Positions 47,250-57,397 of a stretch of DNA of 64,000 nt are shown here, one piece after another. The stretch's first letter is position 1, and each line of letters begins with the position of its first letter. The notes under the pieces are model-generated. The model had not been told where the DNA came from. It was given only the letters and a program-made list of their open reading frames with translations, and searched no databases. The translations under genes were made by a program, and so were the position numbers. Origin of the DNA: Acidobacteriota bacterium (GTDB taxonomy: Bacteria > Acidobacteriota > UBA6911 > RPQK01 > JAJDTT01); assembly GCA_965217775.1 (NCBI GenBank), contig CBDCJH010000002.1, positions 320,001 to 384,000 of the forward strand, in the 5' to 3' direction.

Positions 47250-48176
47250 ATGCACCCTGAAATCGAGCAGCTCCAACGCCGGTTGGAGCGCCAAGGCTAC
47301 ATTGCCGAACGCCCGGTGGCGACGGCCATTCATCTGGCGGCTGTCTTGGGACGCCCCCTTCTGGTAGAGGGACCCACCGGAGTGGGAAAGACGGCAATCG
47401 CCGGCGCCATGTCCGGCGTCCTGAGCACCCATCTGATCCGCCTGCAGTGCTACGAAGGTATCGATACCAGCTCTGCCCTCTATGAGTGGAACTATCAGAA
47501 GCAACTGTTGGACATTCGCCTGGCCGAGGCCAGCGGTTCCGGGCGGGCCGACATCTTCAGTGTCGACTACCTCTTGAAACGTCCTCTCCTGGAGGCCATC
47601 ACCTCCCCGAAGGCGCCGGTGCTTCTCATCGACGAGGTGGATCGGAGCGATGAGGAGTTCGAGGCCTTCCTCCTGGAGCTGCTCTCGGATTGGCAGGTCT
47701 CGGTTCCGGAATTGGGTACGCTCACGGCCCGGCAGATTCCCTATACGGTCCTCACCAGCAACCGGACCCGGGATCTGGCCGATGCCCTGAGACGGCGCTG
47801 CCTGTATCTCTGGATCGACTATCCGTCGTTCGACAAGGAGCTGGCCATCGTTCGAGCCCGGGTGCCCGGCGCCGGTGAGGCCATATCGGCCCGGATCGTG
47901 GCCTTCGTCCAGATGCTTCGGCGCCTCCCCCTGGAGAAGGCGCCTGGAGTCTCCGAGACCCTGGATTGGGTGGCGGCCCTCCTCTACCTGGACCGGAACC
48001 GATTGGGGCCGGAGGTGATCGAATCGACCCTGGGAGTGCTGCTCAAGCACGTGGAGGATCAACGGCGGGTCCGGAGCCGTTTTCTCCAGGCGCTGACAGC
48101 CGGACTCGGCGGCTTCGAGTCGGGAGGAATCACCCGGGCGGTGGAGCAGATGGAAGCTGTCCTGGCGCAATCCTGA
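47250..48176 (+). CDS. CoxD-like MoxR AAA+ ATPase
   Basis: EGPTGVGKT, RLQCYEG, LYEWNY, LLIDEVD, ALRRRC. Confidence 0.92.
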   Translation: MHPEIEQLQRRLERQGYIAERPVATAIHLAAVLGRPLLVEGPTGVGKTAIAGAMSGVLSTHLIRLQCYEGIDTSSALYEWNYQKQLLDIRLAEASGSGRADIFSVDYLLKRPLLEAITSPKAPVLLIDEVDRSDEEFEAFLLELLSDWQVSVPELGTLTARQIPYTVLTSNRTRDLADALRRRCLYLWIDYPSFDKELAIVRARVPGAGEAISARIVAFVQMLRRLPLEKAPGVSETLDWVAALLYLDRNRLGPEVIESTLGVLLKHVEDQRRVRSRFLQALTAGLGGFESGGITRAVEQMEAVLAQS

Positions 48177-49294
48177 TGTCCTATCCGGGTCTCTTGGAGG
48201 AGAATGTGGCGGCCTTTGCCCGCATTCTACGCTCCGAGGGGATGCGGGCGGGACCCCGGGAGATCGGGGACGCCCTGACTGCGCTGCAGAGGTTCGGGAT
48301 CGCCGACCGGGGCGATTTCTTCCATGTGCTCCGGACCCTCTTCGCCGGAAGCCCCGGCGAAATCGAGCGTTTCGACCACCTGTTTCAAAGGTACTTTCAG
48401 GGTGGACTACTGGATGGGAACGGGCGAGCCGAACCGGGAACGGAAGAAAGTGAACGGATTCAAGCAGCCATACCCCGTTTCGGCTTGAGCCTGGTGGCTT
48501 GGTCCCAAGGTTCGGAGACCGAGGGGGAAACCCGGCAGGGCTCCTACAGTCCGCTGGAAGTCCTCTCGGGAAGTTCTCCTCCAGGCCTGTCCGAGTCGGC
48601 CCGATTGAAGCTCACGGTTCGCCGGCTGGCCAGGAAGTTGTCCCGCCGCAGGTCGCGGCGGCGGCGGCTCAGTTCCCGCGGGAGGGTCCCCGACCTGAGG
48701 CGCACCGTCCATCGGAGCACCCAGCGAGGGGGGGAGTTGATGGACCTGGTCTTCCGGAGACGCCGCCTGGACCGGGTCCGCCTGGTGGTCCTGATGGACG
48801 TGAGCGGCTCCATGGAGCTTCACAGTTCTTTTCTGTTCCAGTTCTCCCACGCCTGCGCCTCCCAGCGGGGACTGGGGCGGGTGGAGGTCTTCGCCTTCAG
48901 CACGCGGCTCTACCGCTTGACCCGAGCCCTTCAAGTGAGAGGCGCGCGGGGTGCACGCCAAGTGCTCTCCAGAGTCCTGCCCCGGAGAAGCACGGGCACC
49001 CGGATCGGGGCCTGCTTTCACGATTTCCTGGAACGGTACCCGCACCAACTGGGGTCGCAAACGGCGGTGCTGGTCCTCAGCGACGGTTGGGACACGGGAG
49101 ACCTGGACCTCCTGGAGCGGACACTGATACGCCTGAAGCAGTCTGGGTCCCGGCTCCTCTGGCTGAGCCCGCTGGCGGCGGCTCCCGGCTACCGGCCCAC
49201 CACCGCCGGCATCCGGGTCATCCTGCCCCATACCGACACCTTCGCCCCTGTTGTGGATCTGGCCAGTCTGCGGCGTTTCACGGATCGGCTGTGA
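48176..49294 (+). CDS. CoxE-like vWA domain protein
   Basis: DLRRT, DVSGSM, FSTRL, GTRIG, SDGWD. Confidence 0.88.
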   Translation: MSYPGLLEENVAAFARILRSEGMRAGPREIGDALTALQRFGIADRGDFFHVLRTLFAGSPGEIERFDHLFQRYFQGGLLDGNGRAEPGTEESERIQAAIPRFGLSLVAWSQGSETEGETRQGSYSPLEVLSGSSPPGLSESARLKLTVRRLARKLSRRRSRRRRLSSRGRVPDLRRTVHRSTQRGGELMDLVFRRRRLDRVRLVVLMDVSGSMELHSSFLFQFSHACASQRGLGRVEVFAFSTRLYRLTRALQVRGARGARQVLSRVLPRRSTGTRIGACFHDFLERYPHQLGSQTAVLVLSDGWDTGDLDLLERTLIRLKQSGSRLLWLSPLAAAPGYRPTTAGIRVILPHTDTFAPVVDLASLRRFTDRL

Positions 49295-49860
49295 AGGTCG
49301 CCGGAATCGTTCTGGCCGCCGGCGAGAGCCGGCGCATGGGATTCGCCAAGCTCCTCCTCCGGCATCGCGGCCAGAGCCTTCTGGCCCGTGCCGTTGCCAC
49401 CGCCGCGCAGGTCTGCGACGCAGTGTGGGTCGTGGTCGGGGCCTACGACACGAGTTACCGGGATGAGGCCGAGGCCGCCGGAGCCAGGGTGGTGGTAAAT
49501 CCAGAATGGCGTGAAGGACTCGCCTCCTCCCTGCGCCGGGGCGTCCAGGCTCTTCCTCCCGAGTTCGGCGTGGTGCTCATCGTTCTGGCCGACCAGCCCT
49601 TTGTCGAAAGGGAGCACGTGGAAGCTCTGTTGGAGCGGCACCGCAGGGATGGCTGCGATCTGGTCCTATCCCGATACCAGAATGTGCTCGGAGCCCCGGC
49701 CCTGGTGGATCGGAGTCTCTTCTCACAGCTTATGGCGTTGCGGGGAGACCGCGGAGCCCGGGCTCTGACCCAGGTCGCATCGTCGGTAGGCGAGGTTTCT
49801 CTTGGAGCCTCCCACGACGTGGACACCCCCGAAGACGCCGCCACATGGCTGGAACCTTGA
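49291..49860 (+). CDS. MocA-like molybdenum cofactor cytidylyltransferase
   Basis: IVLAAGESRRMG..K, GLASSL, LADQP, GDRGAR, DVDTPED. Confidence 0.88.
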   Translation: MKVAGIVLAAGESRRMGFAKLLLRHRGQSLLARAVATAAQVCDAVWVVVGAYDTSYRDEAEAAGARVVVNPEWREGLASSLRRGVQALPPEFGVVLIVLADQPFVEREHVEALLERHRRDGCDLVLSRYQNVLGAPALVDRSLFSQLMALRGDRGARALTQVASSVGEVSLGASHDVDTPEDAATWLEP

Positions 49861-49909
49861 GTTTCCAGACGGTGTTGCTGGAGCCGGGACGTTCCGCGGG
49901 ATCGGCCCA

Positions 49910-51373
49910 TCAGGACGATGGGAAGAACTTCCGGAGGACCGCTTCCCGGGGCGGTTGCGTCAGCAGGGAAAAGACGATCATGGACAGGGCCGACACCCCG
50001 AGGATGGCCGCCACTGGCATGACGCCGGTTCCTCCCAGCGTGTACCCGGGCGATTCCCAGCCCAGCCGGAAAAAATAGATCCAGAGGACCACCACGCTCA
50101 GGATGGAGGCATAGGCGCCGTACTTGGTGCTTCGCTTCCAGAACAGGGCCGCCGCCACGACCGGGAACAGCGAGGCGAAACCGGTGAAGGACCAGACCGC
50201 CAGCTTGAAGATGCTCCGATCAATGACCAGAGAAAGGAGATAAATGACGGCCACTAGGCCGACCACGAACAGCCGTCCAGCCCGCACTTGCTGCTGCTCG
50301 GTCATCCGGTCGTGAAACCCGTAATGGCGAACGATGTCCTCGGTGAACATGCTTCCCAGCGAGAGGAACTGGGAGTCCAGAGAGGACATGACAGCGGCCA
50401 GAACCCCGGCGGCCAGGAGCCCGGCCACGATCTCCGGCGAGTGCAGGGCGATCATCTTGACCAAAACGGAATTGGCCTGTGCGACCGTCAATTCGGGAAA
50501 GTCGACTCGGCCCAAGACACCCAACAGGACGCTCGGCACCCAGACCGCCGCGATGCATAGCGGGTAGACCTTGAGAGGAAAACGAAAGGCCTCGGCCCGC
50601 CGTGCCGACAGCCAGTGCATGAACATGTGCGGGAACATCCCCACGGAGAGAGGGATGCAGGTGTAGGTCAGAAGCTGGAGCGGGGTGATCAGATCCCCTC
50701 GGATCAGGAGTTCGGGATGGGTTTCCATGACCCGTTCCAGGCCCTGGGACAGGCCGCCCAGCTTTCGGGTGATCACCACGAACGCCACGGCGCCCAGAAT
50801 CATGAACACCAAGGTCTGAAACGTGTTCACCCAGGCGGTGGCTCTCAAGCCGCTGGTGGACACATAGGTCAGCACCACCGCACAGATAATGAGCCCGCCC
50901 AGCCATTCGGGAATCTGGCCGTCAGTCACCTGGTTCAGGGTGACTCCTCCCGCCATGACGCCGATCAACAGGTAGGGGACGACCAACCCCACCAGTACCA
51001 CGAACAGGAGAAGCCCCAGGCGGTCGGAACCCCAACGTGCCCGAAAATACTGAACCTGGGTGATGTAGCCTTCCCGTTTCCCGATGGCCCAGAGCCGGGT
51101 CCCCACGAAGAAGAAAACACTGGGAATGATCAGGGCCGACGACGACGCCATCAGGGTAAAGACGCCGATCCCCTCGTGATAGGCCTCCCCCGATGCGCCC
51201 AGCAGTGCGAAGGCCGTCATGTTGGTGCCGAACAGGGACATGAGGAGGACGAACGGACCGATACTTCGAGTCGCGACGAAATAGTCCTCGCCGGTCCCGC
51301 GGAAGAGCCGGTGGCTTAAGCTGCCGACGAGAATCACCAGAGCCAGGTAGACGAAGATGATGGGGATGATCAC
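49910..51373 (-). CDS. Sodium:solute symporter family protein
   Basis: DYFVATRSIG, GTNMTAF, GLRATAWVNTFQ, AVMSSLDSQ. Confidence 0.92.
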   Translation of the reverse strand: MIIPIIFVYLALVILVGSLSHRLFRGTGEDYFVATRSIGPFVLLMSLFGTNMTAFALLGASGEAYHEGIGVFTLMASSSALIIPSVFFFVGTRLWAIGKREGYITQVQYFRARWGSDRLGLLLFVVLVGLVVPYLLIGVMAGGVTLNQVTDGQIPEWLGGLIICAVVLTYVSTSGLRATAWVNTFQTLVFMILGAVAFVVITRKLGGLSQGLERVMETHPELLIRGDLITPLQLLTYTCIPLSVGMFPHMFMHWLSARRAEAFRFPLKVYPLCIAAVWVPSVLLGVLGRVDFPELTVAQANSVLVKMIALHSPEIVAGLLAAGVLAAVMSSLDSQFLSLGSMFTEDIVRHYGFHDRMTEQQQVRAGRLFVVGLVAVIYLLSLVIDRSIFKLAVWSFTGFASLFPVVAAALFWKRSTKYGAYASILSVVVLWIYFFRLGWESPGYTLGGTGVMPVAAILGVSALSMIVFSLLTQPPREAVLRKFFPSS

Positions 51374-51621
51374 GGCTGTGCCTCGTCCTTATGCGATGTC
51401 CCGGCAGCAGCCGGCGAGGACTGTTGCGGAAGTGGCCAACAGAAGCGGATCAGGAGGTAAAGGATCACCGAGGCGGCCGCACAGAAGCCGACATGGTAGA
51501 GAAGGCCGACTGGAAGACCCAGAATGATTCTGGAATCGTGCCAGAGCCAGAGATCGTTGTGGAGCAGGTACGCGAGCAACAGAATCGCGTAGACGAGCCG
51601 TCGAGTTGACGCGTTCCCCAT
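51370..51621 (-). CDS. DUF3311-like small membrane partner of the symporter
   Basis: LLHNDLWLW..IILGLPVGLLYH..WP; ATGA overlap with the SSS gene; GAGGAGG RBS. Confidence 0.75.
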   Translation of the reverse strand: MGNASTRRLVYAILLLAYLLHNDLWLWHDSRIILGLPVGLLYHVGFCAAASVILYLLIRFCWPLPQQSSPAAAGTSHKDEAQP

Positions 51622-51728
51622 GAATTCCTCCTCGTGATCGCCGTCGGGCTCGGATTTGACCACACGCGCGGGAGGGAAGGCAACCTGACTCGGTAATGCC
51701 GCCTACCGGGTGTCGGGTCCCATCACGA

Positions 51729-52472
51729 CTACGCCGCCGTGATTAGAATTGGCCTGCCCTTCGTGATCACGAGGGTGTGTTCGTAGTGAGCGGACAGGTC
51801 GCCGCCGGTCGTTCGCAGAGTCCACCCGTCGTCGTCCGCGAAGACTCTCTCCGACCGTTCGGCGACCAAGGGCTCGATGGTGAGGACGAGGCCGTCGGTC
51901 AATGGCTGCGTATCCGACGGGTGGAAAACGTTGGAAACGACCGGATCCTCGTGGATGCGTCTGCCGGTCCCATGACCCGCCAACTCGCCGAGCAGCGTAA
52001 ACCCGCGTCGGCTCACCTCCTGTTCAACCGCTCGACCAATACAATGGATAGGCCTTCCGGCCCGGGCAACAGCTACCGCCTTCTCGAAGGCTGTTCTCGC
52101 ACATTTGCATAATCTTGTGGCGTTTTCGGAAAACGGCGCCAGGGGAATGGTCGTGGCGGCGTCCGCAATATATCCATCCAGCTCGACGGTGACGTCGAGG
52201 CTCACCAGATCCCCCGGTTGCAGGATGCGATCGCCGGGAACACCATGAACGACCTCGTCGTTGACGCTGATCAGGTTGACGCCTGGAAATCCATAGAAAA
52301 TCTGGGGCGCGGACAGCGCCCCGTGGTGCCTGAGAACCCTTGCACCAACTCGATCCACTTTTGCAGTCGACACTCCTGGACGAACAAAGTCCGCCATGGC
52401 CTTCAAGGTCGCAGCTACAACCCTTCCGACGCGGATGAGGCCGTCATAGTCTGCAGGGGATTCAATTGACAT
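51729..52472 (-). CDS. map: Type I methionine aminopeptidase
   Basis: SVNDEVVHGVP, DLVSLDV..DG..AD, GHG.G..IHEDP, TIEP, SAHYEHT. Confidence 0.93.
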   Translation of the reverse strand: MSIESPADYDGLIRVGRVVAATLKAMADFVRPGVSTAKVDRVGARVLRHHGALSAPQIFYGFPGVNLISVNDEVVHGVPGDRILQPGDLVSLDVTVELDGYIADAATTIPLAPFSENATRLCKCARTAFEKAVAVARAGRPIHCIGRAVEQEVSRRGFTLLGELAGHGTGRRIHEDPVVSNVFHPSDTQPLTDGLVLTIEPLVAERSERVFADDDGWTLRTTGGDLSAHYEHTLVITKGRPILITAA

Positions 52473-52474
52473 AA

Positions 52475-52632
52475 CAGTCCGTGGCGAAAGTCGCGCGAGC
52501 ACCGAGACCGTTCCTGCGCCCGCCGGACAAGGCGCGATGAGGGAGCATACCGAGAGTATGTGACCGAGTCGCAACGCAGTCCGCCGGGATGCAGGGACGG
52601 TCGAATGCCGTGACGACTTTTGCCACGGGCTG
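52475..52632 (+). mobile_element. 158-bp MITE copy 3
   Basis: 2 substitutions versus copy 1; TSD ATAA at 52471-52474 and 52633-52636. Confidence 0.92.
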
Positions 52633-52657
52633 ATAAGGCTCCTCCGCTGATCGCGGC

Positions 52658-52741
52658 CCGGAGCGGCGACTTCCAGTCGCCGAACTCCAGTGTAATGCCT
52701 CGCCGAGAAGTCACCGGGCGACTAGAAATCGCCCCCTCCGG
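52658..52741. repeat. REP/REPIN-like inverted doublet
   Basis: CCGGAGCGGCGACTTCCAGTCGCCG ... GGGCGACTAGAAATCGCCCCCTCCGG: two hairpin units in inverted orientation just past the ABC operon stop. Confidence 0.6.
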
Positions 52742-53566
52742 CTACCCGCTCGCACGCCGTCGCAGCCGTTCGACGACCAGCATGAAAATCAACGCGAAGG
52801 CAATCAGAAAGGTGGCGACGGCCAGGATCGCCGGACTGATCTCCTCGCGGATTCCCGACCACATCTGACGCGGAACGGTGCGCTGTTCCAGCCCTCCCAT
52901 GAACAGCACCGTCACCACTTCATCGAACGAGGTGGCGAAGGCGAAGAGCGCCCCTGAAACCACGCCGGGTGCGATGATCGGCAACTGCACCCGCGCGAAG
53001 GTCCGCACCGGCCCAGCCCCCAGGCTGGCGGCGGCCCGGGTCAGATTGGGATCGAAACCGGCAAGAGTCGCCGTAACGGTGATCACCACGAACGGAGTGC
53101 CCAGCGCGGCATGGGCCAGGATCAGTCCCAGGTGGGTCTGGGCCAGACCCATTTTGGAGTAGAAGAAGAACATGCCCGCCGCCGAGATGATAACCGGCGT
53201 GACCATGGGCGAAATCAACAGGCTCATGGCCAGGGGCCGTCCGGGCATGGCGGGGCTTGCCAGTCCCAGAGCGGCCAGCGTGCCCAGGGTCGTGGCCAAC
53301 GCCGTCGCCGCGATGCCGATGATGAAGCTGTTGACCAGCGCCCGCCGCCAGCCTTCGTCTTCGGCGACGGTCCGGTACCAGCGGAGCGAATACGCTTCCG
53401 GATCCAGGCTCAACATCCCCTCGGTGAAGGTGAAATAGGGCTCCACGTTGAAGCTGAGCGGGATGATCACCAGGATCGGCGCGATCAGAAACAGAAAGAC
53501 CGCGGTGCAGAAGGCCAGGTGGGAGACTCGGCCGGCGCGTTCCCATCCACTCCCGGACACGGTCAT
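52742..53566 (-). CDS. PotC-like ABC permease
   Basis: SLRWY, AASLGA EAA loop, FATSFDEVV. Confidence 0.9.
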   Translation of the reverse strand: MTVSGSGWERAGRVSHLAFCTAVFLFLIAPILVIIPLSFNVEPYFTFTEGMLSLDPEAYSLRWYRTVAEDEGWRRALVNSFIIGIAATALATTLGTLAALGLASPAMPGRPLAMSLLISPMVTPVIISAAGMFFFYSKMGLAQTHLGLILAHAALGTPFVVITVTATLAGFDPNLTRAAASLGAGPVRTFARVQLPIIAPGVVSGALFAFATSFDEVVTVLFMGGLEQRTVPRQMWSGIREEISPAILAVATFLIAFALIFMLVVERLRRRASG

Positions 53567-53567
53567 C

Positions 53568-54818
53568 TCACCCCAACCTCATGCGATCGATGCCGACGAC
53601 GCGGTCGTAGAGCAGATAGAGCGCGACCACGCACCCCAGAAGGATGCTACCCAGGGCCGCCGCCAGTCCCCAATTCAACGATTGCTGCATGTGATAGGCG
53701 ATCATGTTGGAGATGAGCTGGCCGCTCTGTCCCCCCACCAATGCGGGAGTGATGTAGTAGCCGATGGACAAAATGAACACCAGCAGCGATCCGGCCCCCA
53801 CGCCGGGCAGCGTCTGTGGCCAGTAGACTCGCCGGAACGCCTGGGGAAAACTCGCTCCCAGCGAGGCGGCGGCGCTCATGTACAGCGGCGGGATGGTGCG
53901 CATGACCGAGTAGATCGGGAGCACCATGAACGGCAGCAGGACGTGGGTCATGGCCACCACGGTGCCGGTCATGTTGTAGATCATGGAGATCCGGTTTTCG
54001 TCGGCGATCAGTCCCAGCGCCACCAACAGGTCGTTGACCACCCCCTCGGTCTGGAGCAGCACGATCCAGGAGGTGGTCCTCACCAGCAGCGACGTCCAGA
54101 AGGGAACCAGCACCAGCAACAAAAGGAGGTTGGTTCTCCGGGGCGGCGCGTGGGCGATGAGATACGCTAGCGGATAGCCCAGCAGGAGACACAGTATGGT
54201 GATGCCCAGGCTCACGGCCAGGGTGCGCCTCAGGAGCGGCAGATAGACGCGCCGCTGCGGGGGCTGGAGAACGATGCCGCCGCCGGCGTCACGCTGCAGA
54301 TCCAGGGCATGAAGATAGTGCCGCGTCGTGATCCGCTCGCCCGCACGGCGAATCGCGCGCCAAGTCTTCGCCTCACCCCATTCGGGCGAGAGGGAGATCA
54401 TGGCATCGCGCCAGGAGTCGACCTCCTTCAGGCGCCGCAGCCTGCGGGCGCTCTTCATGATGACGCTGCGGAGTCCCGCTTCCACCCGGTTCACGCGCGT
54501 CGCCACCCGTCCCAGACTCCGCTCCTGGCGGGCCTTCAGCATTTCGCGCGAGGCTACCTCGAAGACCGCCTCGGCAGGAGCGTCCTCCCCGTCCCACTCG
54601 CGCAACAGAGCCAGGGTTTCGGGCAGCGTATCGGCGACCATGGGATCGTAGACGCTGCGTGTCAGCATGGTCACCAGCGGCGCCACGAAGGTCGCCAGGA
54701 TGAAAGCTGACAACGGCAGCACCAGGGCCGCCGCCCGGAACTGGGGCTTCCTCAGCGCGCCAGCCACGCGCTGAAGCGCTCGTTCATCTCGTCGGAGTAA
54801 TCGCTCCACCATTCCCAA
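53568..54818 (-). CDS. PotB-like ABC permease
   Basis: PFWTSLLVRT, HVLLPFMVLPIY, GYYITPALVGG. Start uncertain, near 54770. Confidence 0.88.
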   Translation of the reverse strand: MGMVERLLRRDERALQRVAGALRKPQFRAAALVLPLSAFILATFVAPLVTMLTRSVYDPMVADTLPETLALLREWDGEDAPAEAVFEVASREMLKARQERSLGRVATRVNRVEAGLRSVIMKSARRLRRLKEVDSWRDAMISLSPEWGEAKTWRAIRRAGERITTRHYLHALDLQRDAGGGIVLQPPQRRVYLPLLRRTLAVSLGITILCLLLGYPLAYLIAHAPPRRTNLLLLLVLVPFWTSLLVRTTSWIVLLQTEGVVNDLLVALGLIADENRISMIYNMTGTVVAMTHVLLPFMVLPIYSVMRTIPPLYMSAAASLGASFPQAFRRVYWPQTLPGVGAGSLLVFILSIGYYITPALVGGQSGQLISNMIAYHMQQSLNWGLAAALGSILLGCVVALYLLYDRVVGIDRMRLG

Positions 54819-55867
54819 TCACTGTGCAGGGCATGGGCCACGTTTGCGGGGGTCGTGGGCATGTGTGGCCCCATGTCCACCCCGGTCTCCAGGTGCGTAG
54901 AAATCAGCGCCGTACCGGAACGCCGCACCGGACTATAGGAAATGTAGCGGCTGAGGGCAGCCATGGACTCGGTCCTGGCCCCAAACGCGACGAACTTCCG
55001 CGCCGCCTCCAGGTTCCGTGTTCCCGCCACGATGCCCGTCTGACCCCAATCCAGCACCTGACCGTCCCAGACCACCACGAAGGGCTGTTTCTCCAGGACT
55101 TGGGCATTGAAGATGCGGCCGTTGTAGGCCGTGCTCATGGCCACCTCGCCGTCGGCCAGCATCTGGGGCGGTTGGGCGCCGGCTTCCCACCAGATGATGT
55201 GTTCCTTGATGGTGTCGAGCTTGCGAAAGGCCCGGTCCACCCCCTCCGGGGTGTCGAGTGTGGCGTACACCTGCTTCGTGGGCACGCCGTCCGCCAGCAA
55301 CGCGAACTCCAGGTTGACCACGGGCGTCCGGCGCATCCCGCGGCGGCCCGGGAACTTCTCCAGATCGAAGAAGTCGCCGATGGTGGCCGGTTTCGAGCCG
55401 GGGAATTTTTCCTCGTTGTAGGCATAGATTGTGGAGTAGTAGACCACCCCGACTCCGCACTCGGTGAGCGTTTCGGGGAAAAAATCCTGTTCGGCGGGAG
55501 TGCCGTCCGGTCCCGGTGGGAGGTCGGCGTCGTCGATGGGTTCCAGGAGTCCTTCGTCACAACCCAGCACCGCGTCCGCCATTTCCAGATCGACCACGTC
55601 CCAATGCACATTGCCCGTTTCCACCTGGGCCCGGATCTGTGCCAGTCCGCCGTTGTAGTCCTCCATGCGGACCTCGATGCCGGTCTCGGCGGTGAAGGGC
55701 TCGTGGATGGCCTTGGTGCAGGCCCGGGCATAGGAGCCGCCCCAGGAGACGGCGGTCACCGATTCCGCGCCGGTGGCGTTCAGGGCGCAAGCAAGGAGGG
55801 CGAGGGAGAAAATCGCAACGGGGCCAGCCGACGGTGTTAACCGGTTCTCGAGTCGATACTTGGTCAT
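54752..55867 (-). CDS. PotD-like ABC substrate-binding protein
   Basis: SWGGSY, AQVETGNVHWDVVD, FPGRRG, WWEAGAQPPQMLADGEV..AYNGR. Confidence 0.9.
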   Translation of the reverse strand: MTKYRLENRLTPSAGPVAIFSLALLACALNATGAESVTAVSWGGSYARACTKAIHEPFTAETGIEVRMEDYNGGLAQIRAQVETGNVHWDVVDLEMADAVLGCDEGLLEPIDDADLPPGPDGTPAEQDFFPETLTECGVGVVYYSTIYAYNEEKFPGSKPATIGDFFDLEKFPGRRGMRRTPVVNLEFALLADGVPTKQVYATLDTPEGVDRAFRKLDTIKEHIIWWEAGAQPPQMLADGEVAMSTAYNGRIFNAQVLEKQPFVVVWDGQVLDWGQTGIVAGTRNLEAARKFVAFGARTESMAALSRYISYSPVRRSGTALISTHLETGVDMGPHMPTTPANVAHALHSDWEWWSDYSDEMNERFSAWLAR

Positions 55868-55876
55868 GGAATGTCC

Positions 55877-56977
55877 TCACTCCTGGCCCGGAGCTTCGAG
55901 CGACCGGCAATCGGTCAGCAACCAGCCGATGCGGACCTGGTCTCCTTCCAACACGGCGCCGTGCCCCACGATATTGGGGATCTTGGCGATGAAGTCCGAG
56001 TGGCCGCAGACCGTCAGTCGGAGTCGCAGGTGATCTCCCAGAAACATGATGTCATTGACTTGGGCGTCGAACTCGTTGGGGTAGAGACCCGGCTTGGGAG
56101 CCAGGGAGACTCGTTCCGGACGAATGGCAATGGCCACGGTGTCCCCGAGCCGGCTGGGCGCGATCCGGAACGCCCTGACGATCCCACTGCCGACGTCCAC
56201 CTGGCAGTAGTCGCCGTCGACGCCGACCACTCTTCCGTACAGAATATTGTTGTCTCCGATGAATCGGGCGACGAACTGGCGTTCCGGCTCTTCGTAGAGG
56301 ACTTCCGGAGGGGCGACCTGCTCGATGCGGCCCTCTTCAAAGACGGCGACGCGATCGGACATGGCCATCGCTTCTTGCTGATCATGGGTCACGTAGACGA
56401 CGGTCACGCCCAGGTTCCGCTGGATGCGCCGGACCTCGAACTGCATTTCCTCGCGCAGCCGTCGGTCCAGGGCGCCCAGAGGTTCGTCCATCAAGACCAA
56501 ACGCGGCTCGAACACCAGCGCCCGGGCGATGGCGACGCGTTGTTGCTGGCCTCCGGAAAGATTGCCCGGACGCCGGTCCTCCAAGCCGTCCAGGCGCACC
56601 AATTCAAGCGCCCGCCGGACGCGCTCCCGAATCTGCTCCGGATCGAGACCCCGCACTTCCAGGGGAAAGGCCAGGTTTCCTCCCACCGTCATGTGCGGGA
56701 AGAGGGCGTAATTCTGGAAAACCACGCCGATTCCGCGCTTCCGGGGCGGCAGATCGTGCACCGATCGTCCGTCGATGCGGATGGCCCCCGACGTGGGAGC
56801 TTCGAAGCCTGCGAGCATCATCAGGCACGTGGTCTTGCCGGAGCCGGACGGTCCCAGCAGGGTCAGGAACTCCCCCTCGGCGACGGTGAGGTTCAGGTCC
56901 CGGACCACCAGCGTCCTTCCGTCGTAGCTCTTGCTGACGTGCTCGAATTCGACGTGGACGTTCTTGCTTGAATTCAC
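55877..56977 (-). CDS. PotA-like ABC ATP-binding protein
   Basis: GPSGSGKT, FQNYALFPH, LSGGQQQR, MDEPLGALD, TOBE tail. Confidence 0.93.
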   Translation of the reverse strand: MNSSKNVHVEFEHVSKSYDGRTLVVRDLNLTVAEGEFLTLLGPSGSGKTTCLMMLAGFEAPTSGAIRIDGRSVHDLPPRKRGIGVVFQNYALFPHMTVGGNLAFPLEVRGLDPEQIRERVRRALELVRLDGLEDRRPGNLSGGQQQRVAIARALVFEPRLVLMDEPLGALDRRLREEMQFEVRRIQRNLGVTVVYVTHDQQEAMAMSDRVAVFEEGRIEQVAPPEVLYEEPERQFVARFIGDNNILYGRVVGVDGDYCQVDVGSGIVRAFRIAPSRLGDTVAIAIRPERVSLAPKPGLYPNEFDAQVNDIMFLGDHLRLRLTVCGHSDFIAKIPNIVGHGAVLEGDQVRIGWLLTDCRSLEAPGQE

Positions 56978-57151
56978 AGGACGGTCACCCCATGCCTGCA
57001 GGGACTCGACTCCGCTTCAAGGCGCGAAGTTTCCCGGCGGGCACCGGCGAGTTTACATGCAAAGGAGTCTGGGTGCTCGCCACAATGCCCTTGATATGGC
57101 TCTACGGGTCAAATAGACTGTAGGCCCATATCACACAACACGGAGCCCCAT

Positions 57152-57397
57152 ATGAAGACCACCATCGAGATTGCCGACGGCCTCGCGAGAGAGGCAAAGG
57201 CCCATGCGGCCAAGGAGAACGTCACGTTACGATCATTGATTGAACGTGGGCTGCGCATGGCGTTAAGCGCCGACAGCCAGCGTACCCCCTTCAAGTTGAG
57301 AGATGCCAGTGTTGGCGGCCGGGGCTTGCAGCCGTCCTATCGCGGCGCCGACTGGCCGCGTATTCGTGAATCCATCTATAAGGGCCGAGGCAGTTGA
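57152..57397 (+). CDS. VapB-like antitoxin
   Basis: MKTTIEIADGL..AK..TLRSLIERGLR RHH pattern. Confidence 0.85.
   Translation: MKTTIEIADGLAREAKAHAAKENVTLRSLIERGLRMALSADSQRTPFKLRDASVGGRGLQPSYRGADWPRIRESIYKGRGS

Noticed and set aside
45300-48170. Long antisense ORFs (956 aa here; also 43347-45158, 60983-63235, 6331-7845, 19861-21456, 11838-13388)
   Set aside because: Shadow frames of well-supported genes in high-GC DNA, with no protein motifs.
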